From IMG/VR virus record IMGVR_UViG_3300005921_000006, positions 1 through 64,000 of that record: 64,000 bases of DNA. The stretch is one strand, 5' to 3'. Shown here piece after piece: positions 28,979 through 38,851 of this stretch (position 1 is the stretch's first letter; each line of letters starts with the position of its first letter). The notes beneath the pieces are model-generated. The model was not told where the DNA came from, did no database searches, and was given only the letters and a program-made list of their open reading frames with translations. This DNA is from a virus. A program made the position numbers and the translations under genes.

Positions 28979-29635
28979 TTAGTGTTTTATAGTGTAACCT
29001 TGACGGTTAGCTGCTTCTCTATTTTCTTGCTGGGAGCCGCCCGAAGAAACGGCAGTAGGGGTAGTCCTAAACTTAGGTGTTCCCTTCACAGGCGTTTTAT
29101 GCGATGGATGGTAAATTTCTTTTATCGTTTGACGCTCTTCAGGGGTCACTCCACCACTTCTTCGCGCTTCTGCTGCTTTTTCTCGCGCTTCATCGCTCCA
29201 ATCATCCGCCGCCCCACCCAGTTTCTTCCCCGCCTCGAACCCCGACTTGGCAGCGCTGGTGATGTTCGCGAACGGCCCGTCCTGTACTTCGTTGTCAGGG
29301 TCCGGGATTAAGTCGTCGTCCTTCGCGCTGTGCTCCGGTTCCTGCTCTTCCTCTTTGGCCCACTCCACTAAGGATTCGTCCTTTACTACAGCACTCTGGC
29401 TGCGCTCGGGGAACTCCGCGACGGCGCTGGCGGCGTTGCCCGTGGCGGTGTCTTTAATAGGTTCTCCAATTTTCACAGGCTCTTGCGCTCCGCCGCACAT
29501 AACGTCTTTCCCTTGTATAAGCACGGGCAGAGGCGCGGCGTTGAGAATTACCGTCGCGTCCACCGCGTGACGGGTCTGTGGGATAGTCTTACCGTGAAAC
29601 CGCTTCAAGCTTTCGCCGTACTCACCGTTATCCAT
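28979..29635 (-). CDS. Low-complexity acidic protein, possible internal head protein
   Basis: Disordered composition; 'WSDEAREKAAEARR'; GEYGE motif shared with 34931..35227. Confidence 0.65.
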   Translation of the reverse strand: MDNGEYGESLKRFHGKTIPQTRHAVDATVILNAAPLPVLIQGKDVMCGGAQEPVKIGEPIKDTATGNAASAVAEFPERSQSAVVKDESLVEWAKEEEQEPEHSAKDDDLIPDPDNEVQDGPFANITSAAKSGFEAGKKLGGAADDWSDEAREKAAEARRSGGVTPEERQTIKEIYHPSHKTPVKGTPKFRTTPTAVSSGGSQQENREAANRQGYTIKH

Positions 29636-30195
29636 TACTCTGCCTCCACCACTTGAGATGTAATGCTCTTGCGCATTTCCCCGAAATCAATTCCAGGTTT
29701 ACTCGACCCCTTGCGCCGAATTGTACTCGGGGCGTTCGGAGCCCAACCGTTCCGCCCGTTGGTAAACCAGGCGCGGCACAAATTCTCCGCCAGTTGTCCT
29801 GCAAGTTTTAAATACCGCTCTACCTGCTCTGGTTTCCCTGCTAACGCAGCATCCGCTGCTTTTTCTAACGGCTCCATAAGCAAAGCCTGATTTTGAATAT
29901 CCTCAAGAGCTGCCTCAAGGACGGGACGAGCAGGTATATGCTTGAGTGGACTCCCATTGGAAAATATATAAAGCAACTGCGCGTTGTTAATCATCTGCTT
30001 CGCGGCCACTTGTAACCGCGCCTGCTTTTTCTTGCCCCGCGCCGTGCTCAACAGCTTTAACAAGTCCACCTGCCGCGCCATTGCGTTAGCTTCGGGGATA
30101 CCCACCAGCACCTGCTTTTTGGTCAGGGCAGAAAGGCTCTTCACCAGGTTTTTCTGCCCCGTATCGTTCATCCGAACTGTCACCACCGGCTTCAA
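29635..30195 (-). CDS. Neck/tail completion protein
   Basis: 'VLVGIP', 'IPARP', 'PNAPSTIRRKGSSKP.ID.GEMRKSIT'. Confidence 0.85.
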   Translation of the reverse strand: MKPVVTVRMNDTGQKNLVKSLSALTKKQVLVGIPEANAMARQVDLLKLLSTARGKKKQARLQVAAKQMINNAQLLYIFSNGSPLKHIPARPVLEAALEDIQNQALLMEPLEKAADAALAGKPEQVERYLKLAGQLAENLCRAWFTNGRNGWAPNAPSTIRRKGSSKPGIDFGEMRKSITSQVVEAE

Positions 30196-30201
30196 TTCCT
30201 T

Positions 30202-31239
30202 TCACCACGCATAGACGCATCCCATACCCACAACGCGGGCCATAGTGATGAGCTGCAAGCCGTATTCCGTGAGCGAAAAACTTCCCCAATCTTCCAAACC
30301 TTCCGGCACTTTAATAGTCGCGCTTACGTTCCCTGCGCTCTTGCTCACCATAATCCCCCGAGTAAGCCCGCTGGCCGCTACCTGCCCTGGCGTGGACCCA
30401 TAAGACCCTTCCGAACGCAGATACAACGTCGCGTAATGGGCAATGAACCAGGCCATTGCAATTTGCCACTGCCCTTGCCCCCAGCGGTTAATGGAAAGCT
30501 GAGAGCTGGCTAGGTTCACGTACATCTGGAGCACAGCCGGAGGAATACAAACCAGGTTGGGAGCCGTAATCGCCGTAACATCTACTAGAGCGCTGTTCCC
30601 GGTTCCACCCGTGGTACCACTACCAACATAAATGGTAATGCCGGTAATGTTGATCAACAGCCCCGTACCGTGTCCGCCTGCGCAAACCACTTCGCCCTGG
30701 GCGGCGTAGCCCGTACCGCCCGTAATCAGCGTAAACCCGGTAACCACGCCCAGCACGCCGATGCTGGTAACCTGTAACAACGCACCGCCCGCGTTGGGCT
30801 GTAACGGCACTACTACATCCCCCACTACGTAACCCTGTCCACCCGCGAACAGCGTAGCCGCCGCAATTGCGTTTACTATCGGCGTAGTCTGGTAGCCCGT
30901 ACCGGGAGTAACTACCGTGTACGCGGTAGGAACTCCGCCCGCACCTACGGCAGATACCTGAACTAGCCCATTTTGGGCGTCCGGTTGAACCACCGTAAGC
31001 TGGTCGTTCACCACGTAACCACTACCGGGAGTAACTGGGTCCGGCACTACGATCAACATTCCCTGCGGCTGCGTACCGAATTTCGGGTACACCGCCAGGA
31101 AGTCCGATACCTGATACAGCGGGTTGCCTCCAAATACTAAATTGGAAGCCTGGGCGATGGACGCCAGCGATTCGTCGCACTGGTATCCGCCGCCCCACCA
31201 GCTGTTCAGGATCGAAACTACGTCAGGCCCAATGCTCAA
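30202..31239 (-). CDS. Head-tail connector (DUF4054-like) with inserted GxGY beta-repeat domains
   Basis: 'DFLAVYPKF' ... 'WFIAHYATL...SKSAGNVS...LTEYG'. Confidence 0.8.
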   Translation of the reverse strand: MSIGPDVVSILNSWWGGGYQCDESLASIAQASNLVFGGNPLYQVSDFLAVYPKFGTQPQGMLIVVPDPVTPGSGYVVNDQLTVVQPDAQNGLVQVSAVGAGGVPTAYTVVTPGTGYQTTPIVNAIAAATLFAGGQGYVVGDVVVPLQPNAGGALLQVTSIGVLGVVTGFTLITGGTGYAAQGEVVCAGGHGTGLLINITGITIYVGSGTTGGTGNSALVDVTAITAPNLVCIPPAVLQMYVNLASSQLSINRWGQGQWQIAMAWFIAHYATLYLRSEGSYGSTPGQVAASGLTRGIMVSKSAGNVSATIKVPEGLEDWGSFSLTEYGLQLITMARVVGMGCVYAW

Positions 31240-31799
31240 GCGACTTCGCCTTTCAAAATCTGGTTCTGAATTGATTCAATCAGCTCTTCTTTCGTGGCCT
31301 TGGCCGGGTCCAACGTCAGCTCGTGTTCTTTTTCGGCATACTCTACGATCTGCGCCTTGGTCATGGGGGTGAGCAAAGCAACTACTTCCTTGGCGTCGCT
31401 AGAGCGCTTAATTTTCGCTTCCTCCGCCAACTTGCTGGCCCGTGCCTGCTCCGCTTGCTGTGCCGCCGCTGCGCCGGACAAATCAGCAGTAGGCGCGGCG
31501 TTGTCTACCACGTTGACCTGGTAAATGTCGCCATCCATTAGCGCGTGTTGCCAAGTGAGGATGTTCTGTGCGTTCTTATCCGCGCCGTTCTTGTTGGCGT
31601 CCGGTCCGAGCGGTTTATTTACCCAATCCGGCGCTTGCTGAAGCTGCATGTCGCCGGTAGTAATGAACACCGCGTCTTTGTACTTGTCGCGGTTTTTCGA
31701 CGCAGCAGCGTCCAGGTTGGCGCTCATCAGGTCCACGGCGGGGTCGGGGTTGCGGAAGTGAAACTTCTTGCGGCTGACAATCGTAATCGTATTTCCCAT
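31236..31799 (-). CDS. Hypothetical protein after capsid (C-terminal Rho-N/HeH-like)
   Basis: 'MTKAQIVEYA...ATKEELIESI'. Confidence 0.65.
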   Translation of the reverse strand: MGNTITIVSRKKFHFRNPDPAVDLMSANLDAAASKNRDKYKDAVFITTGDMQLQQAPDWVNKPLGPDANKNGADKNAQNILTWQHALMDGDIYQVNVVDNAAPTADLSGAAAAQQAEQARASKLAEEAKIKRSSDAKEVVALLTPMTKAQIVEYAEKEHELTLDPAKATKEELIESIQNQILKGEVA

Positions 31800-31891
31800 T
31801 GTGGCGTTTTCCTTTTTAAGAAGTTCGGTCCAAAGCGTACTGCTTTTATCCGTGTTCCCCTGTGGCGGGGCTGGAGTTATCGCGCATTATC

Positions 31892-32986
31892 TCAAATTGA
31901 ATCTTGATACAACGCGCTTTGCAAATAGAGGAACTTAACCATGCCAAACTGGCCCTGGAAAAGAGTGTCGTAGCTACCGCCGCCCTGGGTGATGTTCGGC
32001 ACCGTCATAATGCGCTGAATGGGAACCGTGATGTCCAGCTGCACGCGGTCATCATTGTTCACGTAGCACACCATGCGGTCGGTAGAACCGGAACCGGCTC
32101 CGAGGCACCAGCGGCAAGGGAAAATCTTCAGGTCGATACCCTGCGTCTTGCCGATATTGTTTTCCAGCAGGTAAGTCAAAATGCTGACGTTGCCCGCCGA
32201 GGAAACAATCTGGTTAGAGATCAGCGCGTACTGCGCCCAAGGAATCAGCAGGTGGTTCGCCATGCCGGTTACGTCGTAGTTGCTAGCCGCCACCGTGGTG
32301 ACCATAGCGTTATTTACGTCCGCTAAAATCTCCATCGGTGTTTTCTTCGACCACAGCGTAGACCCGCTCGCACCCAGCGCCACGGACCCGGCAGTGACGT
32401 TCGGGTTATTCACCAGCCCCGGAATAGCGGTGGTGTTAATGGGTCCGACGTAAGTGACCTGGTCCAGCGCTTTGTTCCAGCTCAGCTTCAAGCCCTTATC
32501 GTACATGTCGTCCAGCGAGCGCGGGACATTTTCCAGCTTCTTCATGTCGATAAAGTTGACCTTAAGAATATTCCCCCAGCTGAATACCGGGTAAATATCT
32601 TTGGTCAAGTTGGCCTGGATGATAGGAATATCCGTGCGGTTATTCGCCTGGATACCCAGCCCGTTCGGTCCCGACAAAGCGTAATCGACGAACAGGTTGG
32701 AAGTATTTTCCACCCACCCACCGCCGCTCTTTACGGGTACGTCGCGCATCCAGGTGACGGAGGTAAGAGGCTCACGGACTTTAGTGTCACGCTTTTCCAG
32801 CTCCGAAACCAGGAACGCCATGCCACCGCCCGTAGCGGCGTCCATGCCCTGAATATTGTTAAAGGTTTGCGGCAACATCGCCCCATCCCCCATAAAGCGC
32901 CGCCTTCCATCCAGCGCCATACGTATCGCCGCCGACGGATCGCCGTTGGGGAGATACTTCTCGAATCCTGCAAGCATTGGGTTCAT
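31892..32986 (-). CDS. Major capsid protein (DUF2184-like, HK97 fold)
   Basis: 'FLVSELEKRD..VREPL', 'GLVNNPNV', 'WSKKTPMEILADVN', 'DRMVCY'. Confidence 0.9.
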   Translation of the reverse strand: MNPMLAGFEKYLPNGDPSAAIRMALDGRRRFMGDGAMLPQTFNNIQGMDAATGGGMAFLVSELEKRDTKVREPLTSVTWMRDVPVKSGGGWVENTSNLFVDYALSGPNGLGIQANNRTDIPIIQANLTKDIYPVFSWGNILKVNFIDMKKLENVPRSLDDMYDKGLKLSWNKALDQVTYVGPINTTAIPGLVNNPNVTAGSVALGASGSTLWSKKTPMEILADVNNAMVTTVAASNYDVTGMANHLLIPWAQYALISNQIVSSAGNVSILTYLLENNIGKTQGIDLKIFPCRWCLGAGSGSTDRMVCYVNNDDRVQLDITVPIQRIMTVPNITQGGGSYDTLFQGQFGMVKFLYLQSALYQDSI

Positions 32987-33007
32987 TTATACTTCTCCTT
33001 TTCCGGC

Positions 33008-33613
33008 TTACGCCACGTTACGGCTAGTCAAGCAAATTTCCACCGTGTTATTTACGGTGTCGAGCACGCCCGTTGCCCACTGACAGTTAGTCAGCTGCAC
33101 GGTGTTAGAGCCATCCGCTTCCGTGTTCAGGTCACCCACGGCAGTTCCCGCGCCGTTCGTAGCGGTACGGAAAAACACCGCGCCGCCCGTAGTCGGAGCC
33201 GGATTGGAACTGAAGGCTTTGTAGTTCGGCGCAGAGATATAACCCTGCGTCAGCACTTCCGCCGGGTAACCAGGAGCGTAGTAGTTTAACGGCCCCGCTC
33301 CGGGTGCACCCTGGTTCACGGTATACGTCAGGTAAGCTTTCACCTGTCGCACCGCAAACCCGGCAAACACCGCGTTTTTAATGCCCGTAGCCACGGACAT
33401 GAGGAAAGTTCCACCTCCGGCGATAAAGCCGATGGCCTGGGACCAAGTGCCGCCCGTGGCGTCGTTGTTCAATACAACGGCGTCTCCGAAGTTAATATTC
33501 GCGGTATCGGTCGATTTCACGAACTTTGACTCAATCGAGTTCGCGCTGTTATTGCGCGAAACCTGACCGGCAAAGCCCGTGTTCATCTGAGTTCCAACAG
33601 TAGTTCCTGGCAT
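33008..33613 (-). CDS. Head decoration/cement protein
   Basis: Between protease and capsid; 'GFAGQVSR', 'INFGDAV'. Confidence 0.8.
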   Translation of the reverse strand: MPGTTVGTQMNTGFAGQVSRNNSANSIESKFVKSTDTANINFGDAVVLNNDATGGTWSQAIGFIAGGGTFLMSVATGIKNAVFAGFAVRQVKAYLTYTVNQGAPGAGPLNYYAPGYPAEVLTQGYISAPNYKAFSSNPAPTTGGAVFFRTATNGAGTAVGDLNTEADGSNTVQLTNCQWATGVLDTVNNTVEICLTSRNVA

Positions 33614-33628
33614 CTGTTTCTCCTTTCG

Positions 33629-34930
33629 TTAGTTAACGGTAACAACCTGCCGGTGAAGCTTCTTGCAAGTTTCCTCGAACTCCGCGCCGATTTTCTTCGA
33701 CGCCACCAGCGGGTCCGCGTCCATCCCCGCACGCGGATTGTCCGCACCCTTGGCGTCGTTGATGAGCTTGTAGGCGTCTTCCGTCGAACCACCACCTTTT
33801 AAGCTCTTCATCGCCGCATTAAAGCCATCAATCGCCCGCTTGTCGCCGCTCGCCGCAATTACCGGTTTCAACGCCCGCAAGTTGGCAATGGCCGCATCCG
33901 CGCCCGGAATCGGGTTCTTGGGGCGGTCTTCCTTCGATAGCGTAGCCACGGGGATCAAGTCCGCGTCTTCCGCTTTCTTGAACATGGGGCAGGCTTCCTT
34001 GTGGGGGTCGCCCTCTTCGGCGTCACAGGTGCACTTGGCGTCTTCGGCAGCCTTGGATTCCTTCGGCTCCTCCGACTTTTTCGCCAGTTCCTCGAAGCCG
34101 TCCTTCATGGTTTTTTGCAGGCCAACGAGGGCGTCGAGTATAGCCTTATCCTGGGCCTTCTTCTCTTCTTTTTCTTTCTTTTCCTCGGCTTCCGCCTCGG
34201 CGTCCATCGTTCGTTGTTTCAATTCGAGTGCCTCCTTGTCCTTTTCTTCCTGCGTTTTAACGGTTTCGGACTCTGCGTCGCGTGCGGTGACTAGACGCAG
34301 GCCAGCATCTTTAAGACCTGCAACAAAATCCTTCCACTCCATTTTGCTGTCTCCTTCTTCTAGACCTGCGTCCAGAACTCTTAGATGTTCGCCGCCTCTT
34401 GCTTTTTGCACAACGGCAATATGGTTACCCCGTATATCCTTCATCTGAAGCCGAAGTTCTCCGTCGTCCCAGCCAGGACCTTTATAGGGAACCAGGTTAT
34501 AGGTGTACCCACCCGACAACTCCGCCATTACGTCGTCATTCACGTACTGAATAAGCTGAGAGTCCTTAAAAAATAAGTCCAAATACATCGCTTCATTGCC
34601 ATCAGGCAGCCGTTCCCCCCGCTGTACGTTTTGCACATGCCCGCAAGAGTGCTCCCGGTCGTTTTCCGCGTTCAAAAACTCCCGTGGGTGAGTACGGGTA
34701 ATTGACTTCCCTTCAAACGACGCCATGGACACTGGATCGAAAACGTCCGCCGCGTCCCGATACACGTTAACGATAGTATCCGGCGCAAGGTTATCAATCT
34801 GTAATTCACTTGCACGATATTGTTGCCAGCCAGTTCGAGTTGCGGGGATACGGCAAGCAATTAAGTAGCCCTCGGGGGTTTTAATTCTATGGGGACCAAT
34901 ACGCTCGCCGAAAAATAGCTGTTTTGCCAT
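33629..34930 (-). CDS. Prohead protease-scaffold (DUF2213)
   Basis: 'TPEGYL', 'RTGWQQY', 'SFEGKSITRTHP', 'ELSGGY', 'NHIAVVQKARGG'. Confidence 0.9.
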   Translation of the reverse strand: MAKQLFFGERIGPHRIKTPEGYLIACRIPATRTGWQQYRASELQIDNLAPDTIVNVYRDAADVFDPVSMASFEGKSITRTHPREFLNAENDREHSCGHVQNVQRGERLPDGNEAMYLDLFFKDSQLIQYVNDDVMAELSGGYTYNLVPYKGPGWDDGELRLQMKDIRGNHIAVVQKARGGEHLRVLDAGLEEGDSKMEWKDFVAGLKDAGLRLVTARDAESETVKTQEEKDKEALELKQRTMDAEAEAEEKKEKEEKKAQDKAILDALVGLQKTMKDGFEELAKKSEEPKESKAAEDAKCTCDAEEGDPHKEACPMFKKAEDADLIPVATLSKEDRPKNPIPGADAAIANLRALKPVIAASGDKRAIDGFNAAMKSLKGGGSTEDAYKLINDAKGADNPRAGMDADPLVASKKIGAEFEETCKKLHRQVVTVN

Positions 34931-35227
34931 CTAAGCTACTCCGCTCGCTTCCGCTTCTGCCGGACTCATTTTTGGCGTATCTTCTTTCCCACCCGGCAGC
35001 ACGGTATTCGCATTCTGCCCGCCACCCCAATTCAATACAGCGTCTTTAGCTTTTTGCATATCGTTGGTGCGATGAAACGGTTTTAGCATTTCGCCGTACT
35101 CACCGGTATCGTCTTTGGCTGTATGCAACGCTGCCGCCACACTCTGCTCGTGGGAGTGTCCGTGATTTTGCATTTCCTCGATGTTATGAGAAATTGCCTG
35201 CGGGTTATCGCCTTTTTCTAAAGGCAT
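34931..35227 (-). CDS. Small head-module protein (MPLxKG...ISxNI...QxVAxAL family)
   Basis: Common phage N-terminal motif. Confidence 0.7.
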   Translation of the reverse strand: MPLEKGDNPQAISHNIEEMQNHGHSHEQSVAAALHTAKDDTGEYGEMLKPFHRTNDMQKAKDAVLNWGGGQNANTVLPGGKEDTPKMSPAEAEASGVA

Positions 35228-38080
35228 TTATTGAATCCTCGCACCGTTTAACAGTTGCGCCCCGTTGCTAATAGAAGCAGCCGTTGCGCCCGAACTCGAA
35301 GTCACTGTGAAGGTCGTAGTAGCCCCGGTGCTGTTGTCGGTAACGGTAATCGTGCATGCCGCGGAGCCGGTTGTCAGCGTAGCCGTAGCCGAGGTGTTAG
35401 AAACCACGGTCGGCGTAGTCAAGCTCTCGCCCGAGCAGCCCGCGCCGCTCACGCTGAATAAGCCGCTTGGCGTCTCCTGAGTCCAAACCGTATTACCACC
35501 CGTCAATGCGATGCCAGGCGTCGTACTGATATTGCCGAAATTTGGAGAGATGGCCAGCGTTGCCGTCGCTACCGTGATTGGACTTGTGATCGAATCCGTC
35601 GTGTCCGCAATAGTGCAGGTGCCTGTACTGCCGCCAGTTGTCACCGTCACCGTCTGGCTGGTGCTGCTCGTATTCGACGTGCTCACATAGGTGCATGCCC
35701 CGCTCGCGCTGAACGCCGTGCTACCGTTCCACCCAGTACCGACGCCGGTACACGACAGATTGATGTGGCCAGAGTGGTTTGCCGGAACCGTGGAGGGGGA
35801 GCAGGTGAAAGAGGCTCCGCTGCTGGAATCAGTCTCGTACACCCGTTCATCGAACTGGCGCACGTCGGGCCACAGCATTGTTCCCGTACAAGCGCCGGGA
35901 TTCGAGGCCAGTGAGTAGGTGACCGTTGTCGTGGTCGCATAAGTCATCTGGACTTTTGCGCCCGTCGCCGTACCTGCCCCGCTTGTCGCGCAGTTGCCAC
36001 CGTTAATCTGGAAATCACCCATAAGGCGAGCATCTGTATAGATTGTGGAGATACCTGAAACGGTAAGAATCTCACACGGAGCTGGCGCGGGCGAGCAAGT
36101 TCCAGAAGAATTTGACCAACTCCCGCCTGTGATGGTGTACGAGTTCTGCTGTGTTGTATCTATCGGGAGAGTTTGCCACGCAATTGATGCTGGGTTGTCG
36201 TAACAATAACCACTAACCTCATTACCTCCCGTCACGTCAGGCCCACAAGTTGGGAAGGGAGGCGTACTTGTGGTGCCGCCGCAGACGCCCGTGGAAGCAT
36301 TAAACCCGGCGTTGCAGACCTTCCACCAAGAGAGGCCGGTGCCTCCGCTCGGAAAGAATCCCATGCTGTCCATGAAGAACGAAGCTGGAGCGGTCGTGCC
36401 GTTGCTCGGGACGGCGTTCTCGAACGGAGCAGCATTTCCTGACATACTGGTTGGGACTTCAGCCGAGTTCTTCTGGACCGAAGCATTCACGCTGTCGTAG
36501 TTCAGCCAGCGCATGAAACTGGAGGACGCAAGGGCGTCGGTGCCTTGCTTGTTTAAGATGAAAATATTTCCGTTCGAAGTCCCGGAATACGATGTACATT
36601 GGCCAGTCCCGCCCAACACGTTCGCAATAGCGTTGTCGAAGCGGTGGAAGGCGTCGACTTGAATAGCGATTCCTTTAACAAGGCCGAATGTGAAAGGAAT
36701 TGAGTCGCAGGCGTACCAGTTGCGGAACCACGTATTGACATCGCCAGTACCCCAAGTATCGTCGTCGTCCGTTCCGTCGCCTTGATTTCCTTCCAGCAGA
36801 TTGAGGGCAACTCCGGACGCTTGGCTATCGTGTTGATACGGCGCGGACGGGAATGGATTCTGGTTGTTGTTATTTCGATTGAAGTTGTAGGCGATCACGT
36901 CACCGAGTTGAGACCCTGCCCCCTCGACCAAGATGGCGAACTCTTCGATGTTGTTGAGAAATAAGTCGTCGGAACCTTCAACGGCCTGCATTGCCGAGAC
37001 GCTGGAAGTCGGAGTCGCGGGCGTCATGGTGAAAAAGTAGTTATTGAAAACCAGGTCGTTCTTCCCAAAATCTGGCCATAGAATCTGTCGATTCGCGGTC
37101 GCCCCGATGAACCGATTACCTTTGATCCAGGAGGCATATGCTGGACCTTGAATGTCAATGTTGCCGCCGCCAGAAAACACGATGGTCATGTCTTCCAGTC
37201 CGATGCCATATCCCACGTCTGATTGCTGCTGCCAGTACATCGATGCTGTGTTCGAAGTTGACCAGTTGTTAAGATAGAGGCCGGGACTGAAGCCAATGGT
37301 GTAGGAACCGCCGCCGTTGTTCGTAACCGAAGTGATATTTACATATTGAAACTGAGAAGTCTGGCCACCACCACCGGACCCTGAGCCATTTGAGTTGCAT
37401 ATCGTATTTCCGCCGCAGACGAAAAGGCCGCCGTTGTCGGAGTAAGAACCGGTCGTGCAGGTGTTGTAGCCGTTTGATGCGCTGGTACTCCCGCTGTAAC
37501 CCGTGTCGCACTGGTTGAACCATCCAATATTACCGACCGTAGGTGTCGTGCCGGAGACAGATGTCAGCGTAACCGAGGTAGTTCCAGATGCGGGGCTCGT
37601 GCTTACCGTTCCGCCTCCTTTGCCGCCACCTTGACCAAATTGCAGAGAAGCGGTCAGGGTGAGCGTTGTATTCATCGCTCCCGCGCCGCGCAGAGTGACA
37701 TATGGTGCGGTATTAAGAAATTCAGTCGTCCCAATACTGAAAGAACCGGAAGCCAAGAGCAGATAGGACCCGGAAGTATTAGCAGCAGAACAATTATTCA
37801 TCGCCGTCAGGATCGAGGCGAAGGACGTACCAGAAGCTACAGGAACGGTGATCCCGGCCTGGGCCGTCGTGCAGGCTGGTCGAGTCGGAGGCGCCCACGG
37901 GTTTGCAGTTGTCTCACCGTCTGGAAACGTGGCAGGTAGTCCAGCAGCACCCCAATCAATTGCCCGAGACGGACAAATGAGGTTCTTCCACGGCGCGGTC
38001 CCGCTCCCGAGCGTGCAGGCTTGCCCAAACCCCGCCGTAGAAAAAAAGATGGCAACGACAATAAAAATTAGTTTTCGCAT
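35228..38080 (-). CDS. Signal-peptide pectin-lyase-like beta-helix protein with C-terminal Ig-like domains
   Basis: 'RAIDWGAAG', 'VTLRGAG...TTL', 'GLEDMTI', 'NLLEGN', 'NTWFRN'. Confidence 0.75.
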   Translation of the reverse strand: MRKLIFIVVAIFFSTAGFGQACTLGSGTAPWKNLICPSRAIDWGAAGLPATFPDGETTANPWAPPTRPACTTAQAGITVPVASGTSFASILTAMNNCSAANTSGSYLLLASGSFSIGTTEFLNTAPYVTLRGAGAMNTTLTLTASLQFGQGGGKGGGTVSTSPASGTTSVTLTSVSGTTPTVGNIGWFNQCDTGYSGSTSASNGYNTCTTGSYSDNGGLFVCGGNTICNSNGSGSGGGGQTSQFQYVNITSVTNNGGGSYTIGFSPGLYLNNWSTSNTASMYWQQQSDVGYGIGLEDMTIVFSGGGNIDIQGPAYASWIKGNRFIGATANRQILWPDFGKNDLVFNNYFFTMTPATPTSSVSAMQAVEGSDDLFLNNIEEFAILVEGAGSQLGDVIAYNFNRNNNNQNPFPSAPYQHDSQASGVALNLLEGNQGDGTDDDDTWGTGDVNTWFRNWYACDSIPFTFGLVKGIAIQVDAFHRFDNAIANVLGGTGQCTSYSGTSNGNIFILNKQGTDALASSSFMRWLNYDSVNASVQKNSAEVPTSMSGNAAPFENAVPSNGTTAPASFFMDSMGFFPSGGTGLSWWKVCNAGFNASTGVCGGTTSTPPFPTCGPDVTGGNEVSGYCYDNPASIAWQTLPIDTTQQNSYTITGGSWSNSSGTCSPAPAPCEILTVSGISTIYTDARLMGDFQINGGNCATSGAGTATGAKVQMTYATTTTVTYSLASNPGACTGTMLWPDVRQFDERVYETDSSSGASFTCSPSTVPANHSGHINLSCTGVGTGWNGSTAFSASGACTYVSTSNTSSTSQTVTVTTGGSTGTCTIADTTDSITSPITVATATLAISPNFGNISTTPGIALTGGNTVWTQETPSGLFSVSGAGCSGESLTTPTVVSNTSATATLTTGSAACTITVTDNSTGATTTFTVTSSSGATAASISNGAQLLNGARIQ

Positions 38081-38082
38081 GG

Positions 38083-38850
38083 TCAAGAATGCAGGAAGCA
38101 CGCAATCGCAGAACCCCAATGGGAAGATGTCGTCCACGACCACGTAGGATTGACTGCCGTGGTCAATGTCGTTATCAGGTAAGCATCTGCCGGAGCCGTG
38201 CTCGACCCATCATCCACTAGAGTAAAACCACTGTTGATAGCTGGGTTGGTGGTAGCGCTACCCGTCTGCAGCGCGGTGACCACCACTTCACCGCTTGCCT
38301 GACTCAAGGAACCGCTGGACGGGCACGCTCCGGGCTGTCCTGACGTTACGAATCCGTCTTCAACGCCATTTTGTCCGTTCGTCTCTAGCGGACTTGTGGT
38401 GTTTGTTCCAGAAAAGGTCATACCGAATAAATCACCATTTGTGTTCGACTCGGTAAAAGTATGCCCGGTTCCCACGACCAGCGATCCGCCTCCAGTCTTG
38501 GCGTAGGCATAGAAAATTTGCACATCGTAAGTTGTAACTGGAGTCAGAGCGTTCCAGGCGTTGCACGGAGAGGCACAACTGGGCGAAGTCACGGCATCGC
38601 TAATCGTAACCCCCGTTGCACCCGTGACGATAGCGATTAGCAGGGTTGAGCCTGTCGTAGTCATGGAAACCACGCCGCTACCGAATCCGGGCGTATAGTC
38701 GTGCGTGACGAACGCTCCTGTTCCGCCAGTTCCGCCCGCGAACACCGTCGTCTTCGGCGGAAGCGTCGTCTTCGGCAGAATCGTCGTGCCGGCCTGCCCC
38801 CAGAGAGAGGCGCACAAGAGAAACTGGGAAAGATAGCGAATGGTTTTCAT
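38083..38850 (-). CDS. Signal-peptide Thr/Gly-rich beta-sandwich protein
   Basis: MKTIRYLSQFLLCASLWG|Q. Confidence 0.7.
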   Translation of the reverse strand: MKTIRYLSQFLLCASLWGQAGTTILPKTTLPPKTTVFAGGTGGTGAFVTHDYTPGFGSGVVSMTTTGSTLLIAIVTGATGVTISDAVTSPSCASPCNAWNALTPVTTYDVQIFYAYAKTGGGSLVVGTGHTFTESNTNGDLFGMTFSGTNTTSPLETNGQNGVEDGFVTSGQPGACPSSGSLSQASGEVVVTALQTGSATTNPAINSGFTLVDDGSSTAPADAYLITTLTTAVNPTWSWTTSSHWGSAIACFLHS

Positions 38851-38851
38851 G

